Origin: a virus
DNA: 64,000 nt
Strand: one strand, 5' to 3'
IMG/VR virus record: IMGVR_UViG_3300022187_000017
Location: 32,001-96,000 of that record
This document shows positions 18,580-26,389 of this stretch, piece by piece; positions within the stretch are counted from its first letter, which is position 1; each line of letters opens with the position of its first letter. Below the pieces are notes generated by a model that ran no database searches, was not told where the DNA came from, and saw only the letters and a program-made list of their open reading frames with translations. Position numbers and translations under genes: made by a program.

Positions 18580-18855
18580 TTAATATTTTATTTTTACATG
18601 AATCTCATCAAATAGCATTATGCTTAATGTATCACCATCTGATGTTGACATATTATTGATGTTAATAGCATCTATCATAGTCTGGCTGTAGCTGCAGTCT
18701 TTCATCTCTTCTCTGGCATTCTCTATCATCCATTCATACCACAGCTTGTGAATAGCATTATAATTTCTACCCCTTGGAGATAACTTCTTTCTAGGTATTG
18801 GAGTTAACTTCCTTCCTGATTTACTTCTGGGATCATCTGCTAACATTATCATCAT
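18580..18855 (-). CDS. hypothetical protein
   Basis: ORF in operon. Confidence 0.55.
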   Translation of the reverse strand: MMIMLADDPRSKSGRKLTPIPRKKLSPRGRNYNAIHKLWYEWMIENAREEMKDCSYSQTMIDAININNMSTSDGDTLSIMLFDEIHVKIKY

Positions 18856-18859
18856 ATCT

Positions 18860-19756
18860 CTAATATTTACTCATTACACAATGGCCATGGGACATCTTGT
18901 AGTCCACCAGCTCCTGCTCTGTCATATGCCCAAACTTCTCCAGAGCTGTTTTAAGGACTTCTGGGAGAGGATCTTTCTTACCCCACACACCAAGATTCTT
19001 TTCTTCCATGTGCTCATTAGCCTTCATCTTATTGGCCTCCAGCTTCACCCAGAGGTCATATGATGCTCTGTCATATCTATACAAGTACAATAACTCCTGC
19101 AGGCTCATGAATGGACATAAGATGCAATTGGAAGGATAAGGTACCTTCTCACCTACACTGGTGATGTAATCCTGACATGCTTGCCGATCCATACCCTCTT
19201 CAATCAATGGATACTGCTTATTGATGCAAGTATTAAACCATTTCATCCCACTGGAGCCATTCTCAGAGGCTCTCTTCTCTTCTCCCTTAGCAATGCCTAT
19301 AAGTACATTGATCTTCCCGTACTTCTCAGCAAACTCATAGAATGCTGCTTTCCTACCATACTTCTCAGTGTTGTAGTTGTGATGTACATACAGCTCTAGG
19401 AACTTGTAGATAGGCCTGATCTTCAGGTTATCTGTACAAGTCTTAGGGAATGCCTTAGATCCAACTGTATTTTTGCTCTGGTAGAATTTGATCAATCCAC
19501 CCTTCCAGCTATTGGATGCCCATAGATCAGGCTCCAGATGAAAGAATGGGATCTTATGCTCATCACATAGCTCTTCTACTCTCTCCAGATACTTATCAGT
19601 ATGATCATGCTCATTTCTGGTATTAGCCATAACCACAATAAGATCACCCTTCACATATTTGGCCTTGAATACTGGATCATGTAAACACTTAAAGAGGATG
19701 GCAGTTGAATCCTGCCCTCCTCCATAAGATAACATTGTAAGCTCTTTCTTCTCCAT
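18860..19756 (-). CDS. second PP-loop/PAPS-reductase-like protein
   Basis: LSYGGGQDS, ANT..E, CTDNLKIRPI, YPLIE, R..C, SNCILCPF. Confidence 0.8.
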   Translation of the reverse strand: MEKKELTMLSYGGGQDSTAILFKCLHDPVFKAKYVKGDLIVVMANTRNEHDHTDKYLERVEELCDEHKIPFFHLEPDLWASNSWKGGLIKFYQSKNTVGSKAFPKTCTDNLKIRPIYKFLELYVHHNYNTEKYGRKAAFYEFAEKYGKINVLIGIAKGEEKRASENGSSGMKWFNTCINKQYPLIEEGMDRQACQDYITSVGEKVPYPSNCILCPFMSLQELLYLYRYDRASYDLWVKLEANKMKANEHMEEKNLGVWGKKDPLPEVLKTALEKFGHMTEQELVDYKMSHGHCVMSKY

Positions 19757-20079
19757 TACACTAAGCTATGTGCTGTTGCTTGAGAGATCACTGGAAGATC
19801 CTGTGCCTTCTTAACGATCAATTCTAGATCTGCTTCTGCTCTGTATAAAGATACTAGGTTCCCATCTTCTTTGGCCTCATCTGCATTCTCCTTGATAAAA
19901 GTATCACATAGCTCCATTAAATCATTGTATAAGAATCCATCCTGCAATCCATGAAGGCTATTGATGAAGTTATTAAACCCATGCCCATACTGTGAAAAAG
20001 TTCTGATTGTGTTACTTAGGAATGATAATTCGATTCTGTTGAAGTTCTCTTGTCTGTTGAAATTTGTGTAATTTGCCAT
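19756..20079 (-). CDS. hypothetical protein, first gene of a promoter module
   Basis: TAATG-coupled to the PP-loop gene. Confidence 0.65.
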   Translation of the reverse strand: MANYTNFNRQENFNRIELSFLSNTIRTFSQYGHGFNNFINSLHGLQDGFLYNDLMELCDTFIKENADEAKEDGNLVSLYRAEADLELIVKKAQDLPVISQATAHSLV

Positions 20080-20109
20080 GATTTGATGTTTTTGTTGTTA
20101 TTAATGATG

Positions 20110-20140
20110 TAAATATAGTTACTATATCTCATTCCTGCAA
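20110..20140 (-). promoter_or_regulatory. Bacteroidota sigmaA-type promoter
   Basis: TTG-N20-TATATTTA. Confidence 0.75.
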
Positions 20141-20293
20141 GACTTTTTTTACTTAAAACATCAAATAATTTATAACTCACTGATTACCAGTGAGAAAAAT
20201 ATGCATATTTTTTATGCATATCACCCATATATGTATAAAAAAGTGCATAAATGTATACATATATGCTAACAATGCATGATCTTTCATACCAAT

Positions 20294-20333
20294 AAAAAAG
20301 GGAGGATTTACGATCCATTACTGGATTCCTCCC
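20294..20333 (-). terminator. terminator ending the tmRNA transcript
   Basis: GGGAGGA...TCCTCCC stem enclosing ATCCA-GTAA-TGGAT, followed by T6. Confidence 0.8.
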
Positions 20334-20575
20334 ATACGTCTTATGCAGCCATTCTAAATGGTGCAGTAGATTGTTGTATAACTTCTGGAGTTATAATTAA
20401 AATAGCCTCCTTTATCGCTTCTTTACGCTGTCAAAACCAGTCTACCCCATGTTCCCAGATATAGTGCTGGGATCACTTCCACTTTTTAAACAACCTCCTT
20501 CTGGAGATAGTGGAGTAGATGGGAGTCGAACCCATGTCCAAACATAATCCACAATAATATCAACGAACTACTTTG
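20294..20575 (-). ncRNA. ssrA: circularly permuted (two-piece) tmRNA
   Basis: The acceptor piece GGAC-ATGGG-TTCGACT-CCCAT-CTACTCC-A (ending 20511) lies upstream of the 5' end GGGGTAGACTGGTTTTGAC (starting 20448). 7-bp acceptor stem with G3.U70 and A73; three inter-piece helices; tag frame ending APFRMAA* (stop 20341-20343). Confidence 0.92.
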
Positions 20576-20578
20576 CTG

Positions 20579-20586
20579 TAAAGATA
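20579..20586 (-). promoter_or_regulatory. -7 promoter element for the tmRNA
   Basis: TATCTTTA (TAnnTTTG-like) a few nt upstream of the first paired base of the acceptor piece. Confidence 0.55.
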
Positions 20587-20649
20587 GTAAATCTATCGCT
20601 TTGTATATGATTTCGTTTTAATGAATTATATACTTTGTTGTGTGTAGTT

Positions 20650-20712
20650 TTATACCCGATAAGGTATAATATATGATACATTAACCTATATTATACCCGA
20701 TAAGGTATAATA
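20650..20712. repeat. two identical 22-bp quasi-palindromic repeats
   Basis: ttatacccgataaggtataata at 20650-20671 and 20691-20712; arms TTATACC/GGTATAA. Confidence 0.85.
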
Positions 20713-20725
20713 ACTCACTCATAAA

Positions 20726-21325
20726 TTACACACAACTCTTTATATGATTATCTAGAAGATAAAAACATACATCTGGCTTTCTGGCCTCATCATCATTATA
20801 GTCTATAGGCATCCCTACAGCCTCTTCTACAGTCTTAACCACTATTGTATGCTTCAATCCATATTCCTCTATTAAATGATCATCCCTACCTCCATAACTA
20901 GCTGTTAGGACTAAATTGGAAGGGATCTCATCTATTCTGGCTACCCAATATCTCAGAGACTTTGTATATGCCCAGAATTCAACCTCTGGATGATCTCTAC
21001 ATAACTGCAGCCACATGTCAAAGTATTTCTGGGAGAAGAAGTCTCCAGATGAATGGATCCTTACTGACTCACATTTATTGGGAATCACTGGGATCCCTCC
21101 AGCTCTTGCAAAATCAAAGTTATCCCATCTATGATCTCTCACTGCTGGGAATCTCTCTGCACTGGCTGCATAACATCTATATGCATCACTGCTGTTCTCA
21201 AACTTACCTGTCTCCCTGTCTACCTTCACTAAGCATTCCTCAGCAAATGGACAGGTATGGCCTGTTGGCATGTTCCATTCAAATACTACACCAGTGTAAT
21301 ATTTAGTCTTTCTTGTAAACTTCAT
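20726..21325 (-). CDS. Gp88-like (radical-SAM-related Fe-S) phage protein
   Basis: TCPFAEEC...CYA, VRIHSSGDFFS, FWAYTKS, PSNLVL.AS. Confidence 0.75.
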   Translation of the reverse strand: MKFTRKTKYYTGVVFEWNMPTGHTCPFAEECLVKVDRETGKFENSSDAYRCYAASAERFPAVRDHRWDNFDFARAGGIPVIPNKCESVRIHSSGDFFSQKYFDMWLQLCRDHPEVEFWAYTKSLRYWVARIDEIPSNLVLTASYGGRDDHLIEEYGLKHTIVVKTVEEAVGMPIDYNDDEARKPDVCFYLLDNHIKSCV

Positions 21326-21378
21326 AGTTCATTATTTATTAGTGTTCATGTTACATGAACAGTCCTCTAGACTGAACA

Positions 21379-21795
21379 TTATGCTGGAATATACTCTCCA
21401 GACTCTTCTCTATCATTCCTGAAGAAGATCCCTCCAGCATAGTGCTCATAAGACCTCTTCACTTTAATGTCTTGCCATCCCTTATAATCTGGGATCAATC
21501 TATACACTAGCTCTGCATAGCACTTCACATCTATACCATTGGGTACATAGATAGTCATCAACTTAGTTGACTGCTCTGGATCCTTCTTATCGATCAGCTT
21601 TTGAGTCCCCACCTTGAATGGAGCTTTAGTGTAATATAGGAATCCCTTCAATGCATCATACAGAAACATAGCATCCTGAACTGTCTTACCTTGGATAGAA
21701 AGTTTCCATCCATCAGATGTTTCTGAGTCTGTATTGACCATTAGGAAGTATCTGTTACTGTCCTTCAATTCGTTATATAGTGCTGGTGTTGCCAT
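21379..21795 (-). CDS. HopA1/lanthipeptide-synthetase N-terminal-like domain protein
   Basis: GWKLSI...FK...K.MTIY.P motif series. Confidence 0.45.
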   Translation of the reverse strand: MATPALYNELKDSNRYFLMVNTDSETSDGWKLSIQGKTVQDAMFLYDALKGFLYYTKAPFKVGTQKLIDKKDPEQSTKLMTIYVPNGIDVKCYAELVYRLIPDYKGWQDIKVKRSYEHYAGGIFFRNDREESGEYIPA

Positions 21796-21798
21796 AGT

Positions 21799-22023
21799 CT
21801 ATCTCTCTTCTATTGTTACTGCAGTGTCATATACTGCCACTGGATACTTCTTCAGCCTACCACTGATATCTCTCTTCTCTTCAGATCCTGCAGATGTTAC
21901 TGTCTGCTTCTGAGTCTGCTTCAGAAATGTCATTGCCTTCCCATGAGTTGGAAAATGAACCTCAGACCTCATTAATGTGAGGCCTGTGATCCTGTCTTTA
22001 TGTGTTACTGTGATGTGTATCAT
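21799..22023 (-). CDS. hypothetical protein
   Basis: ORF in operon. Confidence 0.55.
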   Translation of the reverse strand: MIHITVTHKDRITGLTLMRSEVHFPTHGKAMTFLKQTQKQTVTSAGSEEKRDISGRLKKYPVAVYDTAVTIEER

Positions 22024-22186
22024 AGCTTAGTTGCTTAAAGTTTGTATTGCATCCTCATAAGATAGATCTTCTCCTCTTTCCTCTGCCTGCATCATGGCTA
22101 ATCTAGCCAAGTGATGTAGATCTAATCCTATTAAAAACTCTCTTTTTTCTGTTGTCATGATATGCTATTTTGCTGTTATTCTGGTG

Positions 22187-22217
22187 TAAATATATACTAA
22201 CTATATTTAATACACAA
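22187..22217 (-). promoter_or_regulatory. Bacteroidota sigmaA-type promoter
   Basis: TTG-N20-TATATTTA. Confidence 0.75.
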
Positions 22218-22234
22218 CAAAAAAGTGAAAAACT

Positions 22235-22465
22235 TTATGAACTTTGTCTATTCTTCTTATAGGAATGAGAGTCTATCTGGTGCTTATAGATCACCCTCAG
22301 CAGGCCTGTATATCCATATGGCTTATTCTCTGGACATAGGATCTTCTGTGCTTTCTTCACACTCCCTTTAGTCTTTTTGAGTGCTGCAATGATCATCCTC
22401 TTCTCTCCTGCAAAGAGGTTAAATTCCCCTTTGTACATATTTGGTGTATATAATTTATCAGCCAT
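22235..22465 (-). CDS. Fis-like helix-turn-helix protein
   Basis: EKRMIIAALKKTKGSVKKAQKIL resembles the Fis/HTH_8 pattern. Confidence 0.6.
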   Translation of the reverse strand: MADKLYTPNMYKGEFNLFAGEKRMIIAALKKTKGSVKKAQKILCPENKPYGYTGLLRVIYKHQIDSHSYKKNRQSS

Positions 22466-22692
22466 TATCCTAGTATTTTTAATCTCTCAATATCCTTCTT
22501 TGTTGCCATATAAAACATCTCTCTGAGTTGCTTGAATGTTAGATCTCTCAATCTCTTAGTTCCATAATAACTCTGAAAATCTTCCATGTGCTTATCCTTA
22601 TACTCCAGCAGGTAGTATTTAATTCTACTAGGTATTTGATCTAATGGATCTGTTTTTTTTGGAGTATTCTCCCCTTCCCATGTTCCACTCAT
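22465..22692 (-). CDS. hypothetical protein
   Basis: Coupled ORF. Confidence 0.55.
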   Translation of the reverse strand: MSGTWEGENTPKKTDPLDQIPSRIKYYLLEYKDKHMEDFQSYYGTKRLRDLTFKQLREMFYMATKKDIERLKILG

Positions 22693-22711
22693 AACTTCTC
22701 TTTTAGTTCTC

Positions 22712-22894
22712 TCATGATTTCTGTTTATTTACCCATTTAATTGCATTCTTATGATCTTTAATCTCTTCTATGAGTCCTTTGTACTCTGGATCCAGTTCCT
22801 CTTCAGGGAGTATTCCATGTCCCATTCCTACCAGTTCTCTTTCATAGTGTTCCATAGTAGTCTTTAGTAACCTTAATGCTAATGCTTTACTCAT
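22712..22894 (-). CDS. hypothetical protein
   Basis: Small packed ORF. Confidence 0.55.
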   Translation of the reverse strand: MSKALALRLLKTTMEHYERELVGMGHGILPEEELDPEYKGLIEEIKDHKNAIKWVNKQKS

Positions 22895-22896
22895 GA

Positions 22897-23079
22897 TTAC
22901 TTATAATTACGATTAACTAAGTAGCTACTTAGCGTTAATGGCTTAGGGCATTCCTCTAATGGCTTTCTACTGTGTATATGCCCATTGAAACTTTGCTTAG
23001 TTACTTCAGTACTAAACCCCAAACTACACCCAAAAGATGTTAAGGCTCTACAGTTGTTACAATTTCTTTTCATTCCCAT
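22897..23079 (-). CDS. small Cys-rich (Zn-binding) protein
   Basis: CNNCRAL...CSLG...P.EECPKP. Confidence 0.6.
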   Translation of the reverse strand: MGMKRNCNNCRALTSFGCSLGFSTEVTKQSFNGHIHSRKPLEECPKPLTLSSYLVNRNYK

Positions 23080-23081
23080 CT

Positions 23082-23327
23082 CTATCCTTCTTTTATTTTA
23101 AATACACTCCAGCCTTTAGGATTGCCATCTGGATCCACTGTTCTTAGTGTCCCTGCTGCACCCATTAGAAGATACTCAAATGTACCTCCCATCATGTCTA
23201 TGAAGATCTGAGTAACTCTACTCCCACCTCTCATGTATGATATCCCTCTGGTATAATCAGAAGGCTCCAGAAAGACATTTGGATGTCTCACTGGAGTCTC
23301 TTGGTTTAAGTATTGATCTAATGTCAT
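23082..23327 (-). CDS. hypothetical protein
   Basis: Coupled ORF. Confidence 0.55.
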   Translation of the reverse strand: MTLDQYLNQETPVRHPNVFLEPSDYTRGISYMRGGSRVTQIFIDMMGGTFEYLLMGAAGTLRTVDPDGNPKGWSVFKIKEG

Positions 23328-23983
23328 TACTTGATCTTTCTAGTGGTTACAATGAACCTGTGATGAGGAGCTACTAAATGACCATCTACCCAGATGAATC
23401 TGCAATGGAACTCTTGAGTCTCCTGTTGGATAAGGATCTCTAATTCGCTCCCTCTAGCTCTTGCTGTTGATAATGTCATCTTCTCAGTTGACTTGGCCTC
23501 AGATAATACTCTTAATACCAGCTTATCAAATCTCTGGATCCAACCTTTGTTGGCCTCAGTCATAAATTTGAACTTAGTCAATGACTCTCTTCCAATCATT
23601 ATTCTAGTTGCATTCAGCTTATCCCACTCTCCCATTATAGTCCACTTGGATACTGGAGTATTTAACCACTCTTCTCTCTGTCTATCACTAAACTTCTGGT
23701 AAGAATTTCCATATCTACCATTGTCATAAGGAGCACTCTGACCTAGATCTCCTCTTGTGATAACATCTGTATACTTCTCAGCTGCTGCCTCTCTTGATTC
23801 AGCATCAACTATCATTAACTCCTCTTCAAGATCTTCTAACTGATCCCAATGGTAGTTAGTATACGCTGTCATAAATTTGTTCTCAAAGTCTCTTAGCATC
23901 TTGGCTAATTTCATCTCTAGATTAGACTTCTGAATTCTTCTTCTTTTTACTTCTGCTTGTGATAATTCCTTAATTAGTGTCAT
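23327..23983 (-). CDS. hypothetical protein, first gene of a promoter module
   Basis: 218 aa, follows the promoter at 24015-24045. Confidence 0.65.
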   Translation of the reverse strand: MTLIKELSQAEVKRRRIQKSNLEMKLAKMLRDFENKFMTAYTNYHWDQLEDLEEELMIVDAESREAAAEKYTDVITRGDLGQSAPYDNGRYGNSYQKFSDRQREEWLNTPVSKWTIMGEWDKLNATRIMIGRESLTKFKFMTEANKGWIQRFDKLVLRVLSEAKSTEKMTLSTARARGSELEILIQQETQEFHCRFIWVDGHLVAPHHRFIVTTRKIK

Positions 23984-24014
23984 AATATGATATTTATTTG
24001 TTGTTAATATGGTG

Positions 24015-24045
24015 CTAAAATATAGTTAATATATTTACTGTGCAA
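24015..24045 (-). promoter_or_regulatory. Bacteroidota sigmaA-type promoter
   Basis: TTG-N20-TATTTTAG. Confidence 0.7.
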
Positions 24046-24286
24046 GAAAAAGATGATTTATTTTCACTTTAAATGAATAACACCTCCTTAGAATACCATT
24101 ATTCAACCTCATCACATAAGAATAGTGACATTTGTCATAGCCTTCATAGTGATCCTTAACATAGGCAATAGCATCAAAATAGTGATCTGCCATTACTGTC
24201 ACATAAGTACTTCCAGAGGATCCATAGATCCCCTTATTGAATACTTCCTCGGTTCCTTGATATGGATATGTCCCAGCAAAATACAT
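24035..24286 (-). CDS. hypothetical protein
   Basis: Coupled ORF whose 3' end runs into the next promoter. Confidence 0.5.
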   Translation of the reverse strand: MYFAGTYPYQGTEEVFNKGIYGSSGSTYVTVMADHYFDAIAYVKDHYEGYDKCHYSYVMRLNNGILRRCYSFKVKINHLFLAQ

Positions 24287-24474
24287 TATCTACCTATTGA
24301 TTTTAATACTGTGTTAACCTCTCCTAGGTCTTGAGCTTCTTCTTTAGTTGAAGAATATCCAGTATTGTAGTCTCTATCACTACTGTCTATTAGATGAAAC
24401 TTCTCTGATCTGGTTCCATAAATGATCTTCTCTTCTGGCTTACAATTTGCTAATGCTTTGATAAATGTATACAT
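24286..24474 (-). CDS. hypothetical protein
   Basis: Start moved to the ATG at 24474 (MYTFIK), downstream of the promoter. Confidence 0.55.
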   Translation of the reverse strand: MYTFIKALANCKPEEKIIYGTRSEKFHLIDSSDRDYNTGYSSTKEEAQDLGEVNTVLKSIGR

Positions 24475-24493
24475 AATTTGTTGTTTTAGGCTA

Positions 24494-24524
24494 CTAAAAT
24501 ATAACAAGTATATTTAATACGCAA
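24494..24524 (-). promoter_or_regulatory. Bacteroidota sigmaA-type promoter
   Basis: TTG-N20-TATTTTAG. Confidence 0.7.
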
Positions 24525-24532
24525 ATAAAACA

Positions 24533-25366
24533 TCATTTATTTTTATCTACCAGTACCATCCCATAGTCATTTACTCCCTCTGGGATCTGTAGGCCCTGCT
24601 TCTTGATCATCTCATTATTCTTGAATCCACTATAATTCACCTGATGATGCCATCTCTCATACCTCCAGACTACCTTCACAACATCAGGATGCTGCCTCTG
24701 GAGACTCTCAGCAAACTCTTTCCTGTTATTGGTGTCTTTATATACCTCATCAGTATTGCCTCCCTTCATCTTCATTGTTGTGGCCTTCTGCTGTATGAAT
24801 GCATTGAATAGGACTGTTGGATGCCCATCCTTCAGGATCCTAAGACATAGATCTGTATCCTCATTGTACTTACCTCTCCACCTGTACTCCAGATCATTCT
24901 TGATCAATGTGCAGCTGTAGATCCTGTTATTCCTTGAGAATGCTGGCATGACTGTCTTGGCCTTGGCAAAGTGATCATACTGGAATCCTGCTAGTGCTAT
25001 GTTCTCATATCGATCTACAAAGATCTCTGCACACCTGAAGATAGTGCCATCTGTCACCTTCACCTGCAGGTTCCTGTTGAGTCTATTGAACTGCTCTATA
25101 TTGTCATCTAATAACCAGTGCCTCTCATGGCCTTCTGCAATAGAATGCTCCCAGACATAGTTTCTAGCTGGAATGGATCCCTGCCCTAAATTACTGAATG
25201 GGAGCTTTAATATCTTCTCTGGATCAATTACCTCAGCATAGCTATCATACTCCTGTGGCTCCACAACTATACGATAAGGGACTTTCATCCTCTCCAGAGT
25301 CTTAGATGTCATCCTTGACTTCCATCTGCCTTTAGAAATGATATAAACTGGATATTTAGGATTCAT
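24533..25366 (-). CDS. GREB1-like/TET-associated GT-A glycosyltransferase
   Basis: YPVYIISKGR, VVEPQE...Y, ARN...EH, HWLLDDNI (DxD-like), RWRGKYNEDTDL, GGNTD, RWHH.V.Y. Confidence 0.75.
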   Translation of the reverse strand: MNPKYPVYIISKGRWKSRMTSKTLERMKVPYRIVVEPQEYDSYAEVIDPEKILKLPFSNLGQGSIPARNYVWEHSIAEGHERHWLLDDNIEQFNRLNRNLQVKVTDGTIFRCAEIFVDRYENIALAGFQYDHFAKAKTVMPAFSRNNRIYSCTLIKNDLEYRWRGKYNEDTDLCLRILKDGHPTVLFNAFIQQKATTMKMKGGNTDEVYKDTNNRKEFAESLQRQHPDVVKVVWRYERWHHQVNYSGFKNNEMIKKQGLQIPEGVNDYGMVLVDKNK

Positions 25367-25589
25367 CTCCTCTATACTCTAGATGTGCATATCTCCTAGG
25401 TGCCATATATGGATACCATAGTGACTTCTGCTTTGGAGTGATCTTCTGCTTCATGAGCTCTTCAAACTCCTTCACATCTTCATCATTCCTGAAGTGAACT
25501 ACTATCTTTCTCTTGGAAGTGAGATCCTCTTGATGGAATTCTGGCATATCTTTCCAGTCCTCCTTCCATGACTCATCCTTCTTGGCCAT
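25356..25589 (-). CDS. small protein overlapping the glycosyltransferase start (likely partner)
   Basis: W.DMPEF.QED...VHF...ED...F..L..Q.IT...KSLWYP. Confidence 0.6.
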   Translation of the reverse strand: MAKKDESWKEDWKDMPEFHQEDLTSKRKIVVHFRNDEDVKEFEELMKQKITPKQKSLWYPYMAPRRYAHLEYRGDES

Positions 25590-25590
25590 C

Positions 25591-26025
25591 CTATTGAGTC
25601 TTTCCTAGCTCCTCTACTACAGCCTTATTGGACTGCTTCTGGATCTCAGCCATACCCAATAGACCTCTTACATTGGTGAAGTCTGCATATATTGTGAACT
25701 TACCATTAGTTACCATTGGCTTGAGTACTCCTAACATTATATTATATACATCAGCTGGAACACCATGCACTGGCATGACCAATCTCCATGGCTCTACATT
25801 CTTCTTCTCCTTCTTACAGTCATCAATATATCCCTTATTGATACTCATTAACTTCTCCTCCCAGTCTCTTACATTAGACTTTAGGTAGGCATCCAGCATC
25901 TTATTAGCTCTATCTACTCTTCTGAGTGTACCCCTACTGTTCTGTTGTACAAATAATTTTAATTTTTTTGCCATTGTCTCTATTTTATTATTTATGCTCC
26001 CATTTCTCTTTACCACAGTGAACAC
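25591..26025 (-). CDS. hypothetical protein
   Basis: ORF in operon; true start probably the later Met (MAKKLK). Confidence 0.6.
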   Translation of the reverse strand: MFTVVKRNGSINNKIETMAKKLKLFVQQNSRGTLRRVDRANKMLDAYLKSNVRDWEEKLMSINKGYIDDCKKEKKNVEPWRLVMPVHGVPADVYNIMLGVLKPMVTNGKFTIYADFTNVRGLLGMAEIQKQSNKAVVEELGKTQ

Positions 26026-26281
26026 AATGAGTTAATGAAGTCCCTCCATAGTCTGGCCAGAAATTACATTTAGCAGTGTTCTCTACTGTTATATTTACGT
26101 TTATACTCTCTACTGGTGCATTTGGATAGAACTTAACTGTATACCCATCATCTCCCAGATCTCCTGTAGCTTTACCTATCTCCTCTCCTTCATAATAGGC
26201 TATTCCATCTACTACCATATAGTTCTCTGCATTCTCTAGATCATCAAAGATTAATGCTATGAAGATACCACTAACTTGCAT
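25988..26281 (-). CDS. hypothetical protein with C-terminal Zn finger
   Basis: C...HCVHCGK...H. Confidence 0.55.
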   Translation of the reverse strand: MQVSGIFIALIFDDLENAENYMVVDGIAYYEGEEIGKATGDLGDDGYTVKFYPNAPVESINVNITVENTAKCNFWPDYGGTSLTHCVHCGKEKWEHK

Positions 26282-26389
26282 GCTTGAAGTATATAGCGAT
26301 TATTCCTCCAATGGCTGCCAGTGAGATCAATACCCAGAGAATACTCCATGTATGATACTCCTTCCAGCTGTTGAATCTCTTTATCCAGC

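Noticed and set aside
20276-20464. 62-aa plus-strand ORF
   Set aside because: It lies antisense to the tmRNA coding piece and terminator, which explain the sequence better.
20511-20575. Ordinary tRNA-Ala or attP-like tRNA fragment
   Set aside because: There is no D or anticodon arm upstream. The matching 5' acceptor strand lies downstream and leads into a tag frame, and no integrase is present in the window.
20650-20712. Mini-CRISPR array
   Set aside because: Only two 22-bp repeats with a 19-bp spacer and no cas genes.
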